Shown: positions 1-7,879 of the stretch, piece after piece
Layout: every line of letters starts with the position of its first letter
How positions within the stretch are numbered: position 1 is the first letter of the stretch
Assembly: GCA_044892525.1 (NCBI GenBank)
Contig: JBJFYX010000274.1
Span: forward strand, 1 to 64,000
Source of the DNA: Schmidtea polychroa
Taxonomy: Eukaryota
Length of the DNA stretch: 64,000 nucleotides
Direction of reading: 5' to 3'
Program-made: the position numbers and the translations under genes
Notes under the pieces: generated by a model
Seen by the model: the letters and a program-made list of their open reading frames with translations, nothing else
Told to the model about the DNA's origin: nothing
Databases searched by the model: none

Positions 1-1452
1 AGAACACACCCATTACTCAGGGTAGTAAAAAGTCAATGGCCTATATTATTTACGATCACAGACCATTATGGAGATACACCGCTGCACAAACTTTTAAAGG
101 TCGGGAATAATGAGCAAATACTGGAAACGATCGAAGCATTTCGCGACTGTAACATTTCGACGGATCAAGAAAACAACCAAGGTTACACTCCACTAATGAT
201 AGCAGCCAATCGGGATAAAGCTAAAGATATTATTATCGCATTACTTGAAACTGGGTCAAAGATAACCACACAAGATCACAACCAGAAAAATGCACTACAT
301 CATGCAATCGAAGGGAAAAGTACGGAAGCCTTCATAATCTTAGTAGATCTATTATCGTACGAGGATAATAGGGAGATAGGAAACATGTATGACGGGCTAT
401 TAACTGCAATCAAAGAGAAATTAATAACAATTACTGGATTACTAATTGCATGGAGGAACCCGATCAAAAACGATTATATGGTAGATATAAACGAAACATT
501 TACCAAAGGAGAAAACACCTTGATGAGAGAAGCGATGAGAGGACATCACCTATTCGAAATTCCAAATCAACTACTACAACGTGGCATAAAGTTTTCAAAT
601 CACAAAGACGAACAACTAATCAGAAAACGAATTACCAACTTCGAAAAAGCTATATCTCAATTTACCGATAAAGTACAAGTAAAATTTTGGGAAACCGTGA
701 GTGTATTATATATGATGGAAAATATGAATAACATTCGAGAAACTTACCTAAGTATTATTCAAGTTCTAACGGCAGAGGAACGCATTAACAGTTCGAACAA
801 GAAAAAGATAAAAATCAAGAAAATAACAGCAAGGGAGTCTGAGAAACGAGTCAATCAAATAATAAGCGATATAGCAACAACAAGTAAACCAAAGATAATA
901 AACTCCGACCAAGAGATAGTAGTACGTAAGGCTAAAGAAGTATTCTTGGAAGAAATGCAAGATCTATCCGATGAAGCGATACTAGCAAAAATAACAAAAA
1001 CAGTACACACCTACGCAAGAGACCAGACCACAAATCTAGACATAGGAAAAATAAAAACATTTATACCACTAGCATTCACCTTACCAACAAAAGATTCAAG
1101 AACACCATTACAACAAGCCATTTTAGCAGCAAAAGAAAACAGAGCAATAACCATCATAAGAATTCTTAGAGACTTCGGAGAAGAATCTAATGCAAAAAAT
1201 GAACAAGGAGAAACAGCAATGATGTATGCAGCAATAACAAAGATACACCCGAAAACCTTACATATACTACATCAATCAGGTTCGAGACTTGACGAAATAT
1301 CAAACGAAGGAAATTCTACCATGGATTGGGCAACAATACAACCAAACTTGGAAATGATTAGATTCATTTGTAAAAATGCTACAAGAACTGAGGTAGAAAA
1401 TATCTGTAAAACACGTCACAGTTCCAATGGAACACGATACGGAAGAGCTTAG
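1..1452 (+). CDS. Ankyrin-repeat protein, 5'-partial (frame open from base 1); continues via a frameshift near 1410 into the next ORF
   Basis: Repeats GDTPLHKLL, GYTPLMIAA, QKNALHHAI, GENTLMREA, SRTPLQQAI, GETAMMYAA, GNSTMDWAT. No stop in frame 1 from position 1 to 1450. Confidence 0.85.
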   Translation, partial: RTHPLLRVVKSQWPILFTITDHYGDTPLHKLLKVGNNEQILETIEAFRDCNISTDQENNQGYTPLMIAANRDKAKDIIIALLETGSKITTQDHNQKNALHHAIEGKSTEAFIILVDLLSYEDNREIGNMYDGLLTAIKEKLITITGLLIAWRNPIKNDYMVDINETFTKGENTLMREAMRGHHLFEIPNQLLQRGIKFSNHKDEQLIRKRITNFEKAISQFTDKVQVKFWETVSVLYMMENMNNIRETYLSIIQVLTAEERINSSNKKKIKIKKITARESEKRVNQIISDIATTSKPKIINSDQEIVVRKAKEVFLEEMQDLSDEAILAKITKTVHTYARDQTTNLDIGKIKTFIPLAFTLPTKDSRTPLQQAILAAKENRAITIIRILRDFGEESNAKNEQGETAMMYAAITKIHPKTLHILHQSGSRLDEISNEGNSTMDWATIQPNLEMIRFICKNATRTEVENICKTRHSSNGTRYGRA

Positions 1453-1457
1453 AAGCC

Positions 1458-3053
1458 ATGAAGTTATTGCTAACATGGAAAATACCGCAAAGCAATAAAT
1501 ATGCAATAAATATAAATGAGTTCTACGAAAAGGGAGAAAATGCTATGGTTAAAAATATACTAACAAAAGGAGGAACTCCAAAAATCATAATGATCGTATT
1601 AAACAGGGAAGACCTCAAATTCACGCAGAATCTAAACGAACAAAAGCGAATCGGAAAACATCGTCGGATACAATTAAGAGAATTAGTAAAAGAATGGAAT
1701 AGAAAGAGACATGCAGCAACAGGCAGAAAGGAGTTCGAATTCGAAGCAAAATTAGCAAGAAACAGAGTGCTAACGGCATACCGCAGATTGTTGAATGATA
1801 TAAATGTCGAGGACGACATTTTAAACGATAGCGGGGGAGATAAAGACGATAAAGACGACGATAATAATGAAAAAGGTCGAAACGGGAATAAAGAGAAAGA
1901 GAAATCAGAGGAGAATAATCAAGAAAATAACGACGCGAGTATGAAAAAAGAGGAAAATAACCCGGGAAACCGAATGAAGCAAGAAGAAAAGACGAATAGT
2001 GGAAAACAGAGGGTATGTCTACTTTTTACCAACAAAGAAATGGAGACAAATATGATGATAATGATACTCGTATTAACAATGGTGGAAATGATAACAGCCC
2101 AGGGAGGAATGAGAACGATAAAAGAAGCCAAAGAAACGGAAAATAAGGACAACAAAGAGGAAGAACTAAAACAAGAAAAGAAAAAACAAGTACAAGAGCA
2201 GCAATGGGATCTAAAAGAAGAATGGGATTTAAAAGAAAGGTGTATATTAGGAAGATGTATGTCTAGAGCTTATCAGAGACTAGTGTTAAAAAATGAAGAT
2301 GCAGAACCAATAACGGAAGTGGGAATACAAGAAGCGTACCAACATCGAAACGGGAAGAAGATAACAAAAGTCAAATGGAAAGAGGTACACCTGAGTAAAG
2401 GAGGTGAAATAGTGATAACACAGCTTCAACCAAGAAAAGAGCACAAAGTGTGTATTTCAAGGCTAGGACCAGGAGAAAATTGTCTACAATATGTAACGCA
2501 ACAACAACCACCAAAGGAATATACGGTCTGTATCCTGAGAAACGGTCCAGAAAGAGAATGTCGACGATACCCTGGGAAGAGAAGGAGGAAAAGAAAATTC
2601 AATGATGAAAAAGATGAGCAAGGAAAACGCAAGAAAACCGTTGAGAAATATCAGGACAATTATGTGTCAGAGGAAGAGATGAAAAAAATACAAAAGATGG
2701 CAAAGGAAGGTATGAACGAGGAAATAGCAAGAATACGAGGAATGATAAAAGGAAATGGCAAAGACGGTAATCTAAAAAGCACAGAGGCAATATCAACAAT
2801 AACGAACAAGGAAAAAGCGGAAATTATAAGCGTAAAACAGATGATGTGGATCAGCGGCATAATAATAGCAGGGGCATTTTTAATCATAACGGGGGGAACA
2901 ATAAAAATAATCAAAGATAGACAACATCGCGGGGAATTAGAAATGACCCGAATCAGAAATTTTCAGCATCGAGTAAAACGACCAAATAATATCAAGCAGG
3001 AACAGTGGGTGGAGGCCTGGAATGCTCAGCGCCCTCCAAACTCACGTATATAG
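1458..3053 (+). CDS. C-terminal ankyrin repeats, charged linker, then a membrane-protein module (hydrophobic segment 2052-2100, Cys-repeat loop, polybasic site, TM 2841-2900, tail ending SRI)
   Basis: Frame is open from 1410 and reads WNTIRKSLEAMKLLL and INEFYEKGENAM (ankyrin-like). Downstream ATG at 2040 precedes MMIMILVLTMVEMITAQ. Duplicated VCIxRxGPxxxC motif; KRRRKRK; WISGIIIAGAFLIITGG. Confidence 0.75.
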   Translation: MKLLLTWKIPQSNKYAININEFYEKGENAMVKNILTKGGTPKIIMIVLNREDLKFTQNLNEQKRIGKHRRIQLRELVKEWNRKRHAATGRKEFEFEAKLARNRVLTAYRRLLNDINVEDDILNDSGGDKDDKDDDNNEKGRNGNKEKEKSEENNQENNDASMKKEENNPGNRMKQEEKTNSGKQRVCLLFTNKEMETNMMIMILVLTMVEMITAQGGMRTIKEAKETENKDNKEEELKQEKKKQVQEQQWDLKEEWDLKERCILGRCMSRAYQRLVLKNEDAEPITEVGIQEAYQHRNGKKITKVKWKEVHLSKGGEIVITQLQPRKEHKVCISRLGPGENCLQYVTQQQPPKEYTVCILRNGPERECRRYPGKRRRKRKFNDEKDEQGKRKKTVEKYQDNYVSEEEMKKIQKMAKEGMNEEIARIRGMIKGNGKDGNLKSTEAISTITNKEKAEIISVKQMMWISGIIIAGAFLIITGGTIKIIKDRQHRGELEMTRIRNFQHRVKRPNNIKQEQWVEAWNAQRPPNSRI

Positions 3054-3221
3054 AAAGGATTATGACTGTATATAGATTGTAAAAAGTAAGTAGATAATAT
3101 TTATTTATATAACAGTATGATATATTTTTATATAACCGCGGTATCAATATTATATAATGATGGGGATAAATAATATAAAAATAAAATTGGATAAGGGTTG
3201 AAAAGTATATATAAATTAAGA

Positions 3222-3581
3222 ATGGAGCGAATAGGCGAGGAAGTAAATCACAGTACGACAACCGAAGAGATGTGGAAACAACAATGTGCAATGTTAACTC
3301 AAGTAATTTCAAATTTACAAGAACAAGGACTGGCTGTACAAAGAAGCTTAGTCGAAAGTTTAAATAAAGGCTTCGGCTATGTAAGAATAATCGAAGACCA
3401 ACGAAGAAAAATAGAACAAATGCAGCGAGAGATAGACCGAATATCACTATACAGCCAGGTGCAAGAAGAGGAGTTAATGAGAATCGCTGAAGAGATGGAG
3501 CGAGAAGAGATGGAAGACTGGTCAGACTGGCTAACCAGCAGGGAAGAGGGCGGACAAGAGGCCGACTCTTCCAGCCAATAA
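3222..3581 (+). CDS. Small coiled-coil protein with acidic C-terminus, unknown function
   Basis: First ATG at 3222 (the track starts at TTG 3198). Heptad-like helices; codon bias matches neighbouring ORFs. Confidence 0.7.
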   Translation: MERIGEEVNHSTTTEEMWKQQCAMLTQVISNLQEQGLAVQRSLVESLNKGFGYVRIIEDQRRKIEQMQREIDRISLYSQVQEEELMRIAEEMEREEMEDWSDWLTSREEGGQEADSSSQ

Positions 3582-3671
3582 ATATAACCTAAAACAAAAA
3601 ATGTAAATAACTGTAAATAAAAATACGAAACTGTACCAGTAACGAATATATGTATATATATAATTATAGAA

Positions 3672-5060
3672 ATGGATAAGCAACAACGAGAAGAATTCAA
3701 AGAGATCGTCGAACAAGTCAGAAAGTCCACCACAATTCGAATACACAACCACGTAACGTGTGGAATATGCAAGAGCTTATTAAAAGAACCTCACCAAACC
3801 AGATGCGGATGTCGAATGTGCAAAGAATGTGTAGAGGAGATAATAAAGAAGGGACCACAATGGTGCCCAGTATGTAAAGAAACCATGATAACAAGTTTGG
3901 GAGATACAAACGAAGATAAAGCAGCTGTGAAAGATATGTTAAATGCAAATTTAGGATGTAAAAACACCCCGTGCAATTGGCGAGGAGTGATATGGGGAGT
4001 GAAGCAACATATAGAGAAGTGTGAGTATAAAATCAGTCAATGCGAACGTTGCCAGGAAGAGATTAAAGCAAAGGAAGAGGAAGAGCATCAAAGTCGATGC
4101 GTAGAAAGGTTAGAAAAATGTGAATATTGCGGAGAGACCGATACCCGAAGAAAATTAACTAGTCAACATCATAATTTACAAGAGGAAAAAGTATGCGCGG
4201 AATTCAGAGGAGAATGTCCCAATAAATGCGATAAATCTGGAGTAATAAAACTCGCTCAACATCTCAGAGAATGTGAAAGGAAAAAGATAACGTGTGTGCT
4301 AGGAAAATGGGGATGTCAGAAACAATTACACCGAGGAGAATTACCCCAACATCTAGCAGAAAACGTATCAACACACGCGGAAATATGGTCAACGGTATTA
4401 CAAGAAAACGAAAGGAAAACCGAAAACTTAGAAAAAGAAATGATCTCGCTAAAAGCGTTGGTAAAAGAGCTATTGCTAGAAAGAGAAGCATTCGAAGAGG
4501 CAAGAACAAGTACAAAGATACAGACAGATCTAGTGGAAACTAGCAACATTATGGTGAAAGAACTACATCAAAAAGTAAGCGAATTGAACCTCAACGAATT
4601 AATACCAACGGCTCCATACATATGGAAAATAACGGGAGTAAAAGAGAAGATGCAGAGAGCGAGAAATGGGAAGGATACAACATTACTAAGTCCAGCTTTC
4701 TACTCATGGAAAAACGGGTATAAAATGAAAATGAAAGCATACCCCAACGGGGACGGAAGTGCATACGGAACGCATTTCTCAGTATTCTTCTTGATGTGTA
4801 AAGGGCTATACGACGAGTTAATAGAATGGCCATTCAAAGCAAAAATAGACCTCGCGATGATGAACCACCAAAGTATACGTGAACAAAGTTTCCATACAGC
4901 AGGAAACCTCGTATGTTACCAAAGGCCCCTGGAAGAAGAAGGACCAGCAACCGGAGCACCGAATTTCATCCTACAGCGGAAAGTAGAAGACATGACGAGA
5001 AACGACACTATATACATAAAAATAGCGGTGAGGCGAGACGGGAAGAGTAGGACGGAGTAG
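3672..5060 (+). CDS. TRAF: TNF receptor-associated factor (TRAF2/3/5-type): RING, five TRAF Zn fingers, coiled coil, MATH domain; intronless
   Basis: RING CGIC...CGCRMCKEC...CPVC; fingers such as CKNTPCNW...HIEKC and CVLGKWGC...HLAENVSTH; MATH motifs YIWKI, SPAFY...GYKM, NGDGSAYGTHFSVFF, EWPF, NDTIYIKIAV. Confidence 0.96.
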   Translation: MDKQQREEFKEIVEQVRKSTTIRIHNHVTCGICKSLLKEPHQTRCGCRMCKECVEEIIKKGPQWCPVCKETMITSLGDTNEDKAAVKDMLNANLGCKNTPCNWRGVIWGVKQHIEKCEYKISQCERCQEEIKAKEEEEHQSRCVERLEKCEYCGETDTRRKLTSQHHNLQEEKVCAEFRGECPNKCDKSGVIKLAQHLRECERKKITCVLGKWGCQKQLHRGELPQHLAENVSTHAEIWSTVLQENERKTENLEKEMISLKALVKELLLEREAFEEARTSTKIQTDLVETSNIMVKELHQKVSELNLNELIPTAPYIWKITGVKEKMQRARNGKDTTLLSPAFYSWKNGYKMKMKAYPNGDGSAYGTHFSVFFLMCKGLYDELIEWPFKAKIDLAMMNHQSIREQSFHTAGNLVCYQRPLEEEGPATGAPNFILQRKVEDMTRNDTIYIKIAVRRDGKSRTE

Positions 5061-5279
5061 AGAGACGAATAATTTTGTATATACTAATTATAAATATCGA
5101 TGTATATACCCAGTAAAATATTATATAGTAGTGTAGAAAAATTCCCCCAAATCTACTAAAGGTAAACTTAAGCGTAAAACTCCTAAAACAACCCCTATAA
5201 CGAATTGTAACAATAAATAAATAATAAAACAGATATAAGCGTACGACGTTGAGTTAATGATATCGTTATTCAGACAAAG

Positions 5280-6317
5280 ATGACTCAAGATCAAACGGAA
5301 GCCCCAAATAACGAAATAAACATCAGTAAAATACACAGGGAAAGATGGGCCAAAGTGATGGCACAATTATCCAATCAAACACGAAATTACCTCGAAGAAG
5401 CGAGAGAATGGGAAAACCACCAGTTCCAGTGGTTAGTGCAGAATTTACGGGCGGAGGCCGAGGCCTGCAAACGGGCCGCCAAATGGTCAGCACTAGAAAA
5501 TACCAGGCAAGAGGCACATGGGCATTATCTGAAGCAACTGGTACAAGAGTCAAGAAAAAGACTCACTGATGAGAATAAGAAGCGGGAAATAGAAAAACAA
5601 AAGGAGGAAAGGAAGACCTGTCAACTATTAGCAGAAGCCAGAAAATGGAAAACCCAACATCGAGAAATCAAAAAAGAAATGAGAGAATTGCCGCAGAGAT
5701 TGGAATACGAGAGTGAGCAAGGGAAATGGGAAGAAAATCTGGATCAGAGAGAAGATCTAAGAAGGCTCCGAAAAATCGCCGCTAGAAGTCAAACCTGGCA
5801 GACCAAGGCCATGGAATTTGAAAGGCATCTGGCCATGAAACTGTCTATGAAGGAACAGGAGAATACCGCCATGGAAGAGATGATCCTGCAACAGTCAGGT
5901 AGAATCGTTGAACTTGTGAATAAGGTGGCAGACCTCGAAAGAGACAATAACGGCTACAAAGGGGCACTAGAACAAAGAAATATAGTGCTAGCCGGTAAAA
6001 ACAAAAAATTAGAAAATGAGAGGAAGATGTATGATGAGAATATCAAGAACCTAGAAAAGGAGATCAAAAAATGGGAAAACGGCGAAAAAGCGGAGGAGTT
6101 AGAAAAACAGATAGAAGTAAGAGATGATGAAGCCAGGTATCTGACATACCTGTTGGACGAGGAACTCAACGTGTCAAGAGCGCTAAGAGACGAAGTCCAA
6201 GAGCTTAGAGCACAGATTCCCCGGTACTACATCCCATTCGATCCCATCGCACTCCAACTACAAGCGTCGATAGAAAGCGATGAAGGATATGTAGGTCAGG
6301 AAGAGACCTTTGTATAA
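5280..6317 (+). CDS. Long coiled-coil protein ending in ETFV
   Basis: 345 aa open frame, E/K/L/Q-rich heptads, same codon bias as the cassette. Confidence 0.8.
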   Translation: MTQDQTEAPNNEINISKIHRERWAKVMAQLSNQTRNYLEEAREWENHQFQWLVQNLRAEAEACKRAAKWSALENTRQEAHGHYLKQLVQESRKRLTDENKKREIEKQKEERKTCQLLAEARKWKTQHREIKKEMRELPQRLEYESEQGKWEENLDQREDLRRLRKIAARSQTWQTKAMEFERHLAMKLSMKEQENTAMEEMILQQSGRIVELVNKVADLERDNNGYKGALEQRNIVLAGKNKKLENERKMYDENIKNLEKEIKKWENGEKAEELEKQIEVRDDEARYLTYLLDEELNVSRALRDEVQELRAQIPRYYIPFDPIALQLQASIESDEGYVGQEETFV

Positions 6318-6490
6318 AGATAAATAGAAAAGATAAAAAATATAAAAATCGGGACCTATATCCCAACAAAAAAATTAATAGTACGATAAAAGTATTGATG
6401 GGACTGTAACCCTGATTATATAAAATTACCTATAAATGTATAAATATAAGTCGCACTGTAGCGCAAATATTAATTGTACATATTACAGAA

Positions 6491-7180
6491 ATGAAAATAG
6501 AGGAAATATTCGCCACAACTGAGCTAGAAGAGGGAGAAATTGAAGTAGAAGAAGTGGAAAGGAAGAAAACCATCAAGGAGGAATTACAAGAGGAGAGACA
6601 AGAGAACGAAAGATTGGCAGAGAGATGGAGAGATAATCGAAAAATAATTAAAGTATTGAAAAAAGAATATACCTTGTTAAAAGAAGCAAAGAAAGAAGTA
6701 GAGGAAGAAAATGAATGGCTCCTCGAGCAAAGAAAACGCGGAAGAAATTGGAAGAAGATTGCAGAAGAATTATGGCAGGAAAGGGCCAGTAGAAAGGCAG
6801 ACGAAGTCATCAACGATTATTGGAGAACAGAGGCACGAAAACATCAAGAAAGCCTGAAAGAATTACGACTTCAATTACATCAAAAACAAAAGGAGTATGA
6901 GATAATGAGGAAACTGAACAGCAAATATCAAGAAATAGAGGACGAGGAAGACGAGGAAAGAGGAAATGATTTCTTACAAGTACTAAACCATAAAAACCTA
7001 GAAAGAGCAACACAGGAAATAAAGGAGTTAAAAGGAAAAATAAAGTTCCTAGAGCAACAGATAGATGAAAGAGATAAACAACTAGAAGTACTGCCAGAAT
7101 TGAGAAAGCGGGTAATAAAAGCGGAAACGGAAGTGATGAGAGCGTCTGAGAAAGCCCGTAAAAAGAAATCCCGATCATAA
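6491..7180 (+). CDS. Coiled-coil protein with basic C-terminus (KARKKKSRS, NLS-like)
   Basis: 229 aa open frame, highly charged heptad pattern. Confidence 0.8.
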   Translation: MKIEEIFATTELEEGEIEVEEVERKKTIKEELQEERQENERLAERWRDNRKIIKVLKKEYTLLKEAKKEVEEENEWLLEQRKRGRNWKKIAEELWQERASRKADEVINDYWRTEARKHQESLKELRLQLHQKQKEYEIMRKLNSKYQEIEDEEDEERGNDFLQVLNHKNLERATQEIKELKGKIKFLEQQIDERDKQLEVLPELRKRVIKAETEVMRASEKARKKKSRS

Positions 7181-7234
7181 TTAAAAAGGGATAATTGATG
7201 TAAATAAATGTATATAAAATATTCGTATAGTAGT

Positions 7235-7879
7235 ATGTGGTCCGGAGCAACCCTGATAACCTTAATGATGATCACCATAAACGGAATACCCATGTGGCAG
7301 TCAACCCCAACACGTTGGAAGAGTCCCAAGGAGCAACAAGATCCAATAATCAAACTAAACAACGAAAGAAAACTCTATAACAACATCCTGAAACCCTGTG
7401 GGAACAAAGCCGTCTGGCAAAAGATCCAAATGAAACTCAATCTCCAAACCCAAAGAATCGAACAACTCGAAACTCTTCTACAAGAACAAACCACCCAACA
7501 ATCTCTAAAAGAAACCCTTACGAAGAAAGAAACCAAAGAAAGTCAAGTCCTGTTCTATGTTACAATTGGTGAAACCATCCTCATCTGCGCGCTAGTCATC
7601 TGGAAAGCGTATGATAGCTATCGAGCATGGAAAAGAAACAAACCTCAAGTCGAGAAACCCAGAAGGAAGAACCCACGACCAAGAAACAAGCCTACACGAA
7701 CAGTACATTTTCAAGCATCAGACCAATCTAACCAAACGCGAAAAAATCTATCCTCTAACCAGACACCTGCCACAACCCAACTCTCCACGGCAACAACGTC
7801 AACCAGCCATTCAATTCAGAAATCCCAGAGATTCCCGAATAACAATTTACCAAGACAAGAACGACAATCAGAACTTTGA
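7235..7879 (+). CDS. Small type I membrane protein: signal peptide, short coiled-coil ectodomain, TM, basic and S/T-rich cytoplasmic tail
   Basis: MWSGATLITLMMITING signal-like N-terminus (ATG 7235; track start 7208); TM VLFYVTIGETILICALVIW at 7547-7603; basic juxtamembrane stretch. Confidence 0.75.
   Translation: MWSGATLITLMMITINGIPMWQSTPTRWKSPKEQQDPIIKLNNERKLYNNILKPCGNKAVWQKIQMKLNLQTQRIEQLETLLQEQTTQQSLKETLTKKETKESQVLFYVTIGETILICALVIWKAYDSYRAWKRNKPQVEKPRRKNPRPRNKPTRTVHFQASDQSNQTRKNLSSNQTPATTQLSTATTSTSHSIQKSQRFPNNNLPRQERQSEL

Noticed and set aside
1400-1420. Programmed -1 ribosomal frameshift between ORF1 and ORF2
   Set aside because: No X XXY YYZ slippery heptamer or obvious downstream structure; a 1-nt deletion or sequencing error is simpler.
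1300-7362. Numerous minus-strand and overlapping ORFs in the track (e.g. 1523-1819, 3377-3772, 6430-6813, 6810-7250)
   Set aside because: Shadow frames of A-rich coding sequence (F/S/L-rich translations), with no independent coding signal.
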